IMG/VR virus record: IMGVR_UViG_3300045988_076522 | Length of the DNA: 64,000 nucleotides | From: a virus | Direction: 5' to 3' (one strand) | Shown here: positions 9,990-19,276 of the stretch, in pieces | Layout: each line of letters starts with the position of its first letter | Numbering within the stretch: the stretch's first letter is position 1 | Translations under genes and position numbers: made by a program | The notes under the pieces: generated by a model | Told to the model about the DNA's origin: nothing | Databases searched by the model: none | What the model saw: only the letters and a program-made list of their open reading frames with translations

Positions 9990-11263
9990 TAGAACCTAAA
10001 TATCATTTTAGTTTCTTTGTTCTTCTTAGGAGTAAATTCTCGCCCTTCTAGTAGATTTAATAAATCAGAATCGGCTATAGTGATATAATCCTTACTACCA
10101 GTACTCTTGCGAAACCATTCTTCTTCAACAGTTCCCTTGATTACTAAAGTAAAGACTTCCGCTACTTTATTCTCTGCCTTTCTAATAACTCTACCTATTC
10201 TCTGCGTCTTAGACGTAGGACTGGAATCATATCCAAGAATAACGGCTACTGACAGTCCTGGTATGTCAGCTCCTTCATCTAACATCTTAGAAGTATTAAG
10301 TACTCCCACAGATGCTGATTTAAACTCCTCTAAAGTCATCCTTCCCTTCTTCTTAGTTTCCTTACTAGATAGTACCTTACCATACTTGATTTGTTCGGCA
10401 ATCTTGATTGTCTTACTAAAAGTAATACATTTCTTGTCTTGCCTATGCTCAAGTATCATATTTGTAAGTTCTATCTTTTTAGGATGTTCATAAATAAACT
10501 TCTTCCTTGCCTGTAAAGTTCTATTGAAACCCATAGCATGAATTAGAATGGTCTTATTAAGAGCTTTCCATTCATCTGGTTTCTTGTCAAAGTCGGGAAG
10601 CATGGTTTTAGCTAGCTCAATTCTCTTCTGCCATTTAGTAGCACAAGCCATAGCAAGTGTAAAATCATGACCGAAGAAAGCAAAATGCTCATAAAACTCT
10701 CTATTTAACTCATAGTATTTGTCTAGATTGTCTACTTCTACCATGACTTTGTATTCTCTGTAAGGAGATAGCCAGCCTCTAGCAGTAGCTTCACTAACAT
10801 CTACTCTATCAACTACTGGACAATACTTCTTGATATAACTATCCTTACCGTCTAGTCGTTCCATAGTTGCAGTTAAACCTAGAATTATTTTATACTTGAC
10901 TACTTCAAATACCTTTCCAAACAGGTCGGAAGCATATTTATGACATTCATCAAGTACTAGCAAATCACATGTCCACTCATGTTTCACAACAGAGTTTATT
11001 ATTAGTACCTCGTACACCATTGGGACTTGCTGCTCTGTTAAATCACTAAGCCATTGTCTCTGTAGTGCATCAGTAGGTACTACTATTATAATTCTTCTAC
11101 CAGGATTCTTAGCCAAGAATCTTTTCATACACATAATGGCAGTTCTAGTCTTACCGAAACCGGTACAATAGACTAAAGAACCACACAACTTATTATCTAC
11201 CCAACGTTGAACACCAATTGCTTGGCGTTCATCTCTGCTTACGTTTCCGAATAAGTCTGCCAC
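9989..11263 (-). CDS. SF2 helicase (DEAD/DEAH-like; UvsW/T5-D10-like class)
   Basis: Motif I YCTGFGKT, motif II LVLDECH, motif VI QRIGRVIR. Confidence 0.6.
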   Translation of the reverse strand: MADLFGNVSRDERQAIGVQRWVDNKLCGSLVYCTGFGKTRTAIMCMKRFLAKNPGRRIIIVVPTDALQRQWLSDLTEQQVPMVYEVLIINSVVKHEWTCDLLVLDECHKYASDLFGKVFEVVKYKIILGLTATMERLDGKDSYIKKYCPVVDRVDVSEATARGWLSPYREYKVMVEVDNLDKYYELNREFYEHFAFFGHDFTLAMACATKWQKRIELAKTMLPDFDKKPDEWKALNKTILIHAMGFNRTLQARKKFIYEHPKKIELTNMILEHRQDKKCITFSKTIKIAEQIKYGKVLSSKETKKKGRMTLEEFKSASVGVLNTSKMLDEGADIPGLSVAVILGYDSSPTSKTQRIGRVIRKAENKVAEVFTLVIKGTVEEEWFRKSTGSKDYITIADSDLLNLLEGREFTPKKNKETKMIFRF

Positions 11264-11416
11264 TTGTTATAGGCTAAGCCCTTAATTAATAACTCATTTG
11301 AATCTATTACCTTGAACCCTGTTATTTAATATTAGTAAATTCTCACAAGTTACGTTAAGTAGCTTATACCTACTACATAGTAATCTGGATTAACTGTGGT
11401 CAGCATCCAGAGTACA

Positions 11417-12259
11417 TTATAAAGTATAGCCTTTAGCATCACATACTAATTTAATTTGGTTCTTGCGAGTTTCCCACTGAGATATATGGAACTTCACTTC
11501 ATCTTCCAAAGAATACAAGATTCTATTTCTAAGAACTTTTAATTGGTCAGTAGTTAGTTCTGTATACTTCTTACTCTTCAAATTAACCATAGAACGAAGC
11601 TGTGAATAGCTAAGTCCTTTAGGAGTAACATAAAGAGGCATTGTGGGCTTCAGACCTAGTCTTTCCTTCGCCACTTCAATCTTATCTCTTATCTGACCTG
11701 TCTTAGGGTCTTTCTCCACTAAGTCCTTGCTCTCTTGAGCAGTGAACCATAGACCTTGCTTGAGAATAAATGTAAGAGTAATGTGTTGTTTGTTGAACTT
11801 TCCCAGTCTGTCCAAACAACCTTCGCGTACTGTCTCTGTTGGAATGTCTCCAAACTCTTTAGGACAGCCGCACATAGTTCCTTCAATTGGATACTCTTTC
11901 GGGTCTATACCGTCCTTATTAATATCCAAGAAAGAGACTAACGCCTCTAGGAACTTAAACCTTGGCATATGCTGCTCCTGTTCTAACCAGCGCAAGAACA
12001 ATTCTGCGTTACAACGCTGACGCTGGTCTTTAATAATGTCCAATAGAACATAACGACCAGGATAGTCCTTGTTAGTATTATAGAGCATAGAATCACAATG
12101 TGCATAGAAATTACGAAGTTCTTCTTCAGTACAATCAACCAAGCGTTTCTCCTCTTGTACTAAAGCTCCATTTACTTCTTGCTTACGACCCTTCCAAATG
12201 AAAGAGTTGATGTCATTATTCTTTCTATCGATAGCTGATGCCAATTTCTCTCTGAACAT
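11417..12259 (-). CDS. Hypothetical protein
   Basis: 280-aa ORF. Confidence 0.45.
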   Translation of the reverse strand: MFREKLASAIDRKNNDINSFIWKGRKQEVNGALVQEEKRLVDCTEEELRNFYAHCDSMLYNTNKDYPGRYVLLDIIKDQRQRCNAELFLRWLEQEQHMPRFKFLEALVSFLDINKDGIDPKEYPIEGTMCGCPKEFGDIPTETVREGCLDRLGKFNKQHITLTFILKQGLWFTAQESKDLVEKDPKTGQIRDKIEVAKERLGLKPTMPLYVTPKGLSYSQLRSMVNLKSKKYTELTTDQLKVLRNRILYSLEDEVKFHISQWETRKNQIKLVCDAKGYTL

Positions 12260-12315
12260 AGATATATCATATTAATTTTAGATAATGGTCTAATCTCGTT
12301 AATTTAGATAATCTT

Positions 12316-12621
12316 TTACAGTATAATCTCACCCTCTGGTGGTTTCTCATAAACAAAGTCTTCGAAATATATATCGGTATATTTATACTTCTCAAAGGAG
12401 TCAGTGATGGGATTATACCATGTGTCTTCCCCTGCATATACTTCCTTACATTTCAAATACCCGATGTCACCAACTCTTAAGAATGGACCTTCCCAGTTAG
12501 GACATCGGGTACACATTTTATATGTGCCGTTTGACAAATCTTTGAATGCATAGACTATATAACCACCAGCATCTTCCTTACTAGCTAGTAATTCAACGCG
12601 TATGGTATATTGAATCATCAT
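12316..12621 (-). CDS. Hypothetical protein
   Basis: 101-aa ORF. Confidence 0.4.
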   Translation of the reverse strand: MMIQYTIRVELLASKEDAGGYIVYAFKDLSNGTYKMCTRCPNWEGPFLRVGDIGYLKCKEVYAGEDTWYNPITDSFEKYKYTDIYFEDFVYEKPPEGEIIL

Positions 12622-12824
12622 TCCGAGCCCACCAGCTCATTTTGTCGTTTATTAACCCCACCGTCTTTATAATGCACACAACCATACTTGGCGAAATCAC
12701 AAACACTGCGCTCAATACCTCTGAAACAGGGATATCTAGAACAGTCTTTGCAAGTTCTCTCGGGGTATTTGTACTTTACTCCATCTCTGTCCTTATCAAA
12801 ACTGTCAGATAGTTTGTTCGCCAT
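12618..12824 (-). CDS. Hypothetical Cys-rich small protein
   Basis: 68 aa with CKDCSRYPCF...C...C. Confidence 0.4.
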   Translation of the reverse strand: MANKLSDSFDKDRDGVKYKYPERTCKDCSRYPCFRGIERSVCDFAKYGCVHYKDGGVNKRQNELVGSE

Positions 12825-12853
12825 GTTCCGAATAGTAGTTTGCCAAGAATTTG

Positions 12854-13267
12854 CTATTTAATCAGTAAGGCTAATAATAAGCCTACACTGATAGCAAATC
12901 CTCCTATTGACAATGTAGTTAATCTCTTGTTCTTTTTGTTCATCTTAGCTATCTGCTCCCGTTGCTTACTAATAGCTTCATCATACATCTGCATTTGCAA
13001 TTCTGCTCGTGCTAGTTGTTGAAGTCTTATACTATCAGTTTTAGCATAGTTAGCAGTTAGTAATTCATAAGATGTAAGCTGTTTATTGAGTTCAAACCTC
13101 TCTAGCTTAAGCTTCTTATGCTCCAGAAATATAAGGTTACTAGCCTTTAATTGCTGTGGAGTAATCACAACTAAAGAGTCATCTACCAGCTTGGGATACA
13201 TATTCTGCGAAGAAAGATGCATCAGCGGCAATAGACTGATTAGTAATATCAATAAGCTCCTTTTCAT
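12854..13267 (-). CDS. Secreted/membrane coiled-coil protein (signal peptide plus C-terminal TM)
   Basis: MKRSLLILLISLLPLMHLSSQ signal-like N-terminus. C-terminal TM LTTLSIGGFAISVGLLLALLIK. Overlaps the upstream gene. Confidence 0.4.
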   Translation of the reverse strand: MKRSLLILLISLLPLMHLSSQNMYPKLVDDSLVVITPQQLKASNLIFLEHKKLKLERFELNKQLTSYELLTANYAKTDSIRLQQLARAELQMQMYDEAISKQREQIAKMNKKNKRLTTLSIGGFAISVGLLLALLIK

Positions 13268-13496
13268 ACCAATTATTAATAGTGTCTATCTTACCTTTAG
13301 AATTGGTAATGACACTAATTAGACTGTCGTTAGTAATTTCTAACTTCCTTACTTCCTTATTGAGCGAGTCTATAGCTTGCTCATATTTAGTGTTGTCAGG
13401 AATAACTACTGTGTTTCTATCCTTGCAAGCCCATGCTATACCAAGGCATATAGCAGCAGCAATCACACCTCCAACGAAAGCATCCTTAAATTTCAT
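13179..13496 (-). CDS. Membrane-anchored coiled-coil protein (i-spanin-like topology)
   Basis: N-terminal TM segment FVGGVIAAAICLGIAWA followed by a charged, helical region. Confidence 0.4.
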   Translation of the reverse strand: MKFKDAFVGGVIAAAICLGIAWACKDRNTVVIPDNTKYEQAIDSLNKEVRKLEITNDSLISVITNSKGKIDTINNWYEKELIDITNQSIAADASFFAEYVSQAGR

Positions 13497-14020
13497 TTCT
13501 GAGACTGATAGTAGTTATAGATATCATAGATAACATCCACTCTATCATTCTTAGAAGTTAATAAGGTATCCAAGCATGTACGTTCTTCATCAGATAGTGA
13601 TGCTTCTAGTTCAACCATTTTACGTCCTTCTTCATAGATAGCCTTAGCTGCATCGTATCCTTTCAGATACTTGCCAGGGCATTGTTTGAAGAATGCTACT
13701 TCCTGGTCAAGAAGAGCATTAACTACACCACGGTTAATCAATCCGGGGTCAGTACTGTACAGAGCATGATTATGTAGTTTACGAGCCTTACCAAGAGCTA
13801 TTTGAACTCCCATATTCTCATCAAACTCATCTTCTGGTTGACATACAGATACGCCAATAGACAGACATTTATCACTTAAGAGTGCATCTTCATCCCAGTT
13901 CTCTGTATCTGGGTCAATTTCAGCACATACTTCTTGTGACAATGCAACCATTACGAACTTACGTTCCATGCCAGTAAAATCAACAAAACTGTCAACTCTA
14001 TACTCAACTCTTTCTTTCAT
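13493..14020 (-). CDS. Hypothetical protein
   Basis: 175-aa ORF. Confidence 0.45.
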   Translation of the reverse strand: MKERVEYRVDSFVDFTGMERKFVMVALSQEVCAEIDPDTENWDEDALLSDKCLSIGVSVCQPEDEFDENMGVQIALGKARKLHNHALYSTDPGLINRGVVNALLDQEVAFFKQCPGKYLKGYDAAKAIYEEGRKMVELEASLSDEERTCLDTLLTSKNDRVDVIYDIYNYYQSQK

Positions 14021-14084
14021 AAACTTGTAGATTAAATGTTTCCAAATGTAATCTCTTTAGATAAGTTAATCTGATTATAGGCAA

Positions 14085-14726
14085 TTACTTGCGACCTAGA
14101 CCATTATAGAAATCAAGTATTGCATTCTCTTTACGAAGCCAAGTAGCCTGTTCTTTAGCCATATCAAGAATAGTACGACTAATAGATTCTTCTTCTACTT
14201 GCTCTTTAACTAACATACCTTCATCCTCATCCTCTCCATTCAACCATTGGAATGTAGCCCAATCACTCTCTTTTTGAGCTTGGTCTACAATCTTATTAAT
14301 ACCACGAGTAGTCTCAATCTCCCTATCTACTGTGGCAGCAAAGGGCATGACTCTATCAGTGATTTCAACATTAATGGCTGGAACAGGCGGATATTGGAAC
14401 AGAGCATCGTTAGTGGTTAGATATTCAAATATCCAAGAATGATGCAAATATTCTTCCTTAGCACGACCTCTCCAGTAAATACCTAGCTTTGGTAAACCCT
14501 CTACTTCAAAGTAATTGGCAAAGGTCATATACAGAGCATGGTTGGCAAGTTCGGCTGACATCTGTTTTACCAACATCTCAACCATTACAGTTGATAGTGG
14601 GCAAACACGTCTAGACTTATCAATCACCTGCTCTGTATACTTCATAGTAGGTTCAGCGCCTACGGTTTGAACTCCTTCGCTTGTCTTCTCCTGTATTGGA
14701 TTTCCGTCTTTGTCTAGCATTCTCAC
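14085..14726 (-). CDS. Ferritin-like protein
   Basis: QMSAELANHALYMTFANYFE and KEEYLHHSWIFEYL resemble ferritin helix A (E...Y) and the EExxH ferroxidase motif. The protein has extra N- and C-terminal extensions. Confidence 0.4.
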   Translation of the reverse strand: MRMLDKDGNPIQEKTSEGVQTVGAEPTMKYTEQVIDKSRRVCPLSTVMVEMLVKQMSAELANHALYMTFANYFEVEGLPKLGIYWRGRAKEEYLHHSWIFEYLTTNDALFQYPPVPAINVEITDRVMPFAATVDREIETTRGINKIVDQAQKESDWATFQWLNGEDEDEGMLVKEQVEEESISRTILDMAKEQATWLRKENAILDFYNGLGRK

Positions 14727-14997
14727 GTTCTAACACTTTAAAATTGTTGTTCATTAAATAATCTAGGGGAGCTGCTAGCCAAGTAATATACTTAGCACAT
14801 GTAATCTCATCGTCGACTTTAATAAACTGCGATTCCCTTACCTTAATAGGCTTATCAGTAGTATAGAACTTAGAACCTACACATTCTACCCTATCCTTCC
14901 TAATGAGGTATAGTTGTACTTCATATAGAAAGGAAGGATACACTGTTAGTTTAACGTCCCCAGAATGGTAGACAGTCGGGGGCGTAGGTTTTGCCAT
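14653..14997 (-). CDS. Hypothetical basic protein
   Basis: 114-aa ORF with an Arg-rich C-terminus. Confidence 0.35.
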   Translation of the reverse strand: MAKPTPPTVYHSGDVKLTVYPSFLYEVQLYLIRKDRVECVGSKFYTTDKPIKVRESQFIKVDDEITCAKYITWLAAPLDYLMNNNFKVLERENARQRRKSNTGEDKRRSSNRRR

Positions 14998-15409
14998 TCC
15001 AAGAATATTTAGTAACCTGGGACTTCTCTGTCTTATATTTACTTAATAAGAAAGGGATGTCAGATTGAATACATTTATGGCTAAATGTGTTCTTTGGTAT
15101 AGGTTTGTTGGTCTTTGGATTCATTTTACCAGTAGTAAAGTTACCACCCTTTACATACACGACCAGAGTTCCAGGAATAGGAATAGATTTGGCAGGAGCC
15201 GGCCATTGATAACTTGGAGCGGGGAATCGTCTATAGCGTTTCCACAACTTACGTTCTTTAGGAGTTTTACTCCACACACTTGGGTCACGTGGTGTTACAG
15301 ACGGCTGTCTTAAATGCTCTGCCACCATGAAAGCATCATCGGTCAAATCCTTGATTCTTAGTCTTTTGAATCTCTCCTCTGGAGTCTCTTTGATAGTTTC
15401 CTTCTTCAT
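14951..15409 (-). CDS. Hypothetical protein
   Basis: 152-aa ORF. Confidence 0.45.
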   Translation of the reverse strand: MKKETIKETPEERFKRLRIKDLTDDAFMVAEHLRQPSVTPRDPSVWSKTPKERKLWKRYRRFPAPSYQWPAPAKSIPIPGTLVVYVKGGNFTTGKMNPKTNKPIPKNTFSHKCIQSDIPFLLSKYKTEKSQVTKYSWNGKTYAPDCLPFWGR

Positions 15410-15439
15410 TACTGATAAGTTTAATGAGTTAAATATTAG

Positions 15440-15616
15440 TTATTTACCACGTTTGGTATAAACTGCCCCACAGACATTACATTTATAAAGCCTGTTGTCA
15501 TAATCGAACAGCGTGTGAGTAGTATCTCTACCACACCTTGCACAATTCATTAACTTAACAGATTCATACACCTTCTTCGGCTTATGAGGTGCCGTACCTT
15601 TCTTACGTGAAGCCAT
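15440..15616 (-). CDS. Small zinc-ribbon protein (58 aa; below the ORF-track cutoff)
   Basis: Hand translation gives MASRKKGTAPHKPKKVYESVKLMNCARCGRDTTHTLFDYDNRLYKCNVCGAVYTKRGK, with a CxxC...CxxC pattern. It sits between two genes with no overlap. Confidence 0.4.
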   Translation of the reverse strand: MASRKKGTAPHKPKKVYESVKLMNCARCGRDTTHTLFDYDNRLYKCNVCGAVYTKRGK

Positions 15617-15619
15617 AGC

Positions 15620-15892
15620 TTAAATTCCTTTAGTTAACTCTTCTAATCTAGTTACTTCTTGTTTGTAATCTTGAATATATTCTTTCAGAGACATGGCATC
15701 TGGGTGCTTACACTCTATTCTATAATCCGCTATTCTTTGAAGACATGCAGATATGGGAAGTCCATAACCAATTACTTTAAACTCCTGACGTTCTCCGTCC
15801 TTGGATTTAATAGTTTTTAGTACAGATAGGTCCCAGAAGTGTAAATTGTCACCTATAGATTCCATTCTAAAGTCAGCTTCTTCAATAATCAT
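15620..15892 (-). CDS. Hypothetical protein
   Basis: 90-aa ORF. Confidence 0.4.
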   Translation of the reverse strand: MIIEEADFRMESIGDNLHFWDLSVLKTIKSKDGERQEFKVIGYGLPISACLQRIADYRIECKHPDAMSLKEYIQDYKQEVTRLEELTKGI

Positions 15893-15921
15893 ACTTGATT
15901 ATCCGTAAAGTTAGTATTAGT

Positions 15922-16134
15922 TTAATCTGATTGTTCTTCTAGCACCTTACCTATTAACCACAGATACAAAAATGGCGATATGACTGGACATGTCATCCAC
16001 CAACCTACATCTTCTTCTACAACTTCCCAGAAATATTCTTCATCTAGGTCATAATATGCAAGCATATAGTTTAGTACAATGTTTAATAAGTAAGATACAC
16101 CATATAGTGCAAGTACTATTAATATTACAATCAC
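15922..16134 (-). CDS. Small membrane protein
   Basis: Hydrophobic N-terminus IVILIVLALYGVSYLL. Confidence 0.4.
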   Translation of the reverse strand: MIVILIVLALYGVSYLLNIVLNYMLAYYDLDEEYFWEVVEEDVGWWMTCPVISPFLYLWLIGKVLEEQSD

Positions 16135-16607
16135 AATTTCTCTTTCTCTACTCTAAATTGACAACATAGTTTCTGCAACTCGAGTATGACGGGTTCTAAG
16201 GTACTAACACCCTTAACCAACACTGCTCGTTGGTCTACCGTCCTTCTGGCTAAATGGGATTGGACGCTGGAAACAGCATCTTCATATCTCTTCTTAATAA
16301 GGTCTCTGTTCTCGAAATACTTGGGAATCTTACCATGTAGATATATTAAAGCATCTAGTGCCTTAATAAGTTCCTTATGACTCATAGAAGTAGATATTCT
16401 GTCATAAATAAATACATATCTATCAACCCCGTCTGGAATGATATTTATATATTTATCAGTTTCAGTTCCTTCTCTTCCTACATGGTCTGCTAACCTCACA
16501 GTAGCAGAGAATCCATTTAATGTGTAGTACTCCGAATCTCCCTTATAATTAGTAGAAGTAAATCCCTTCCTCTTCAGCCATGCTTTTAGTTTGCTCAACC
16601 CTCTCAT
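16131..16607 (-). CDS. Hypothetical protein
   Basis: 158-aa ORF. Confidence 0.45.
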   Translation of the reverse strand: MRGLSKLKAWLKRKGFTSTNYKGDSEYYTLNGFSATVRLADHVGREGTETDKYINIIPDGVDRYVFIYDRISTSMSHKELIKALDALIYLHGKIPKYFENRDLIKKRYEDAVSSVQSHLARRTVDQRAVLVKGVSTLEPVILELQKLCCQFRVEKEKL

Positions 16608-16854
16608 CTTGTTTAATCTTCTTTTCCACCTTTCGAAATATCAAGTCTTCGTCAAGTGGACATCTACACTCCATAGTACAGTCACTGGCTTTAAAGTAAC
16701 AGCCAAAGCACGCGCAACCACTGTCAACGATTTCTACCGGACTGCCGTTTACAGTGATAAGGTCTCCTACCTGTAAAATGGGTATTAATTCATTGTCTTC
16801 GTACTTAAATTTCTGCATATCTAAAGTTAAAAAAGAAGGGCCAAACCCAGACAA
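16549..16854 (-). CDS. Hypothetical Cys-rich protein
   Basis: 101-aa ORF with several CxxC-like pairs. Confidence 0.4.
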   Translation of the reverse strand: MSGFGPSFLTLDMQKFKYEDNELIPILQVGDLITVNGSPVEIVDSGCACFGCYFKASDCTMECRCPLDEDLIFRKVEKKIKQDERVEQTKSMAEEEGIYFY

Positions 16855-17125
16855 TCACTAGAGTAGACCTTACCTCATTAGAAGTAAAGAATAATCTAAT
16901 AACTAATCTGAATTTGACCCTAAACGGCAGTACGAATATCGTTCTGCGCGATTAGCACTACATTAAATATAACGTAGCCTAAAGTCCGTTACCATAAACT
17001 GATAACAATAATGCCAATGCCTGGCATTAGGTGTGTTGCTAGGAGCAACGAAGAAGAGCCTACACCCCCCCCAGTGATATTCTGGCTGGAATGTCTATTC
17101 CATAACCTATCACCATACATAAGAA

Positions 17126-17494
17126 CTATTCAAAGTAGTCTGGGAACTTATCTTTTAATATTTCAGATATGTCCACGCCAGTCAGTTCAGCCATAGATAA
17201 TTCTTCCAACATTGCGTCTTCAGAATCGTCCACACTACCGTCAGCGCTATCAATAAGATTGAGCAGTAATTGAGCTTTCTCATCAGTCAGCCCGTCTTGC
17301 GCCCATTTACTTACTACTTCTGCAAAGAATTCATCGAACTCATAAGAAGTTTGCTCGTCTTCATCAGCGATTGCATTCTTCTTGGCAAACAGTTCTTTGA
17401 TGTCTTCATCTGTAATAGTTCCGGCTTTATCATAAGCCGCGTTCAATGACTCTATAAGAGAGTCTTGTTCATCGAATGTCATTGTTGTTAACAA
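17126..17494 (-). CDS. Highly acidic protein (candidate DNA mimic/anti-restriction)
   Basis: 122 aa with a very high D/E content and aromatic residues throughout. Isolated gene after a 265-bp non-coding gap. Confidence 0.45.
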   Translation of the reverse strand: MLTTMTFDEQDSLIESLNAAYDKAGTITDEDIKELFAKKNAIADEDEQTSYEFDEFFAEVVSKWAQDGLTDEKAQLLLNLIDSADGSVDDSEDAMLEELSMAELTGVDISEILKDKFPDYFE

Positions 17495-17647
17495 TTAATG
17501 TTAAGAACATGTGAATAGTCTATTCACACCAACCCTCAAGGGCTTAAGATAATGTATGGTAATCAAATCACCATTACAGCAGTGGGAACTGCTTAAACAG
17601 GCATTTCACTCTCAATTATGCCTGTGGTTATGTTAGAATAAAGAAAT

Positions 17648-17971
17648 TCACTTCTTCCAGGATATGAATAGATATTCTCCAACTAAGCCAGGATATCCTT
17701 CTTTATCAATAACCTTAACGAAGAATCGTTTATCTTCGTAGTATTTAAGGATTTCATCCTTGGCTTTAGCTACATCATCATTCAAATCCATAACAAGACT
17801 AAAGTAATTGTTCTCACTCTTAGCCTTAATAAGTTGGTCAGTAGTATCTAGAAACCTCTTAATTAGAGTTTCTTGTGTCACCACTTCATTGTAAGTGGCA
17901 ACTGAATATGCCTCGTCCGCATTCATAGATTCACCTTCCAACAATTTACCAAAATTAAAGATATTCTTCAT
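17648..17971 (-). CDS. Hypothetical protein
   Basis: 107-aa ORF. Confidence 0.45.
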   Translation of the reverse strand: MKNIFNFGKLLEGESMNADEAYSVATYNEVVTQETLIKRFLDTTDQLIKAKSENNYFSLVMDLNDDVAKAKDEILKYYEDKRFFVKVIDKEGYPGLVGEYLFISWKK

Positions 17972-17991
17972 AATAACTAATAATTGGTTTG

Positions 17992-18065
17992 TGACTCAGG
18001 TGGGGCTCTAACCCACAACCCTCTCCTTAGGACGGAGATGCTCTATACTATTGAGCTACTGAGCC
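17992..18065 (-). tRNA. tRNA-Arg (anticodon CCT)
   Basis: Hand-folded cloverleaf. Acceptor GGCTCAG/CTGAGTC. Anticodon stem TCTCC/GGAGA with loop GTCCTAA. Confidence 0.55.
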
Positions 18066-18072
18066 TTGAAAG

Positions 18073-18438
18073 CTATACGTTAATACTCCCAGTGTGTCTG
18101 CCTTTTACTTTAACAGAGTTAGCATCAATGTCTCCTTGTACATTACCACCAACCTCAATACTGTTAGCTTCTATAGAACCTCCCACATTGCCTTTAACTT
18201 TAACACTATTACCATGTACAGTAAATGCGTCTCCGTCAATATCACATGTGTTGCAGTTAAGCTCTTTTACGTTACCAGTAAAACTGATATGTACACTATC
18301 CTTATTCGTTTCAGATATTAATTTACCATTTACGTAAATTTTACGCTTGATTTGTGAGATAGTGATATTGTCCTCTTCAATGTTATAGGACTCATTATCA
18401 ATAAATAACTTATTCATGATTCTTTTTATCCAGTTCAT
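18073..18438 (-). CDS. Bactofilin-like (beta-helical repeat) protein
   Basis: Repeats such as VKVKGNVGGSIEANSIEVGGNVQGDIDANSVKVKG resemble bactofilin/CcmA repeat units. Confidence 0.45.
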   Translation of the reverse strand: MNWIKRIMNKLFIDNESYNIEEDNITISQIKRKIYVNGKLISETNKDSVHISFTGNVKELNCNTCDIDGDAFTVHGNSVKVKGNVGGSIEANSIEVGGNVQGDIDANSVKVKGRHTGSINV

Positions 18439-19037
18439 CTTCCTTCGTAATACTTAATCAGTTTATCAAATGCTTCAATCCTAGCATTGTGACCCTTCTC
18501 GTCATCGGGAGTCCACCAAAATGCCTTACCATACCTGTCTTTAGGTGCACCTAAGAACTCTCTATTGAACTCTGGAAACATAGCAACTACATCACGTTCA
18601 TCATAGATGTTGATTCCTCTTTCTGTGCCAGCCATAGCATGTTCAATGCAGAAACACATTCCCCAGTATTCTGAATGGTCTTCAAACAGCTTCTTAGCTT
18701 TTAGTAAGATAGTGTGCTTATTGATTCTTTCTGTGTACCAATGGATGAGTTTATCGAAGGCTATAAGCCTGTGTTTCTTCTCATCTACGGGCCACCAAAA
18801 GACCAGCCTAGCTACTTCTTCTCGTTTGACATTACCTCCTAGAAACTCTGGGTTAAACTCCGGAATTAATGCCACTAATTCATTATAAGAGGGAGGTATT
18901 CCTTCTTTAAACACTCCGTTGAATGCTTGCTTCATATAGTGGCACATACCACCATTCTTATCACTACCTGGCTTTGTATCTTTATCGTACAAGTCTTTAG
19001 CAGTCTTTAATCTTTTAATAATTTCTAAGTTAGTCAT
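18435..19037 (-). CDS. Hypothetical protein with an internal tandem duplication
   Basis: Two homologous halves: GMCHY...PEFNPEFLGG...FWWPVDEK...AFDKLIHWY and GMCFCIEHA...PEFNREFLGAP...FWWTPDDEK...AFDKLIKYY. Confidence 0.5.
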   Translation of the reverse strand: MTNLEIIKRLKTAKDLYDKDTKPGSDKNGGMCHYMKQAFNGVFKEGIPPSYNELVALIPEFNPEFLGGNVKREEVARLVFWWPVDEKKHRLIAFDKLIHWYTERINKHTILLKAKKLFEDHSEYWGMCFCIEHAMAGTERGINIYDERDVVAMFPEFNREFLGAPKDRYGKAFWWTPDDEKGHNARIEAFDKLIKYYEGR

Positions 19038-19057
19038 CTCTTTCCTTATTAAGTTAG

Positions 19058-19129
19058 TAGTCCCAGGCAGAGTCGAACTGCCATTTCAGGTTCCGTAGAC
19101 CAGCGTTCTATCCATTGAACTATGGGACC
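19058..19129 (-). tRNA. tRNA-Arg (anticodon ACG)
   Basis: GGTCCCA...TGGGACT acceptor. Anticodon stem CTGGT/ACCAG with loop CTACGGA. T-arm GGCAGTTCGACTCTGCC. Confidence 0.65.
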
Positions 19130-19276
19130 ATACAGGAAGCAATTCCGATTTAACGGCCGCCCTTGCCAGTATCACGTACTGGGCTTTTCACGTGGACGGT
19201 CTGTCAGCATAACTCACAGTATTACTTACATGCTTCCTTTAAAGTTTAGCCTCTTCCAGCGCAAGAGCACTTATAG

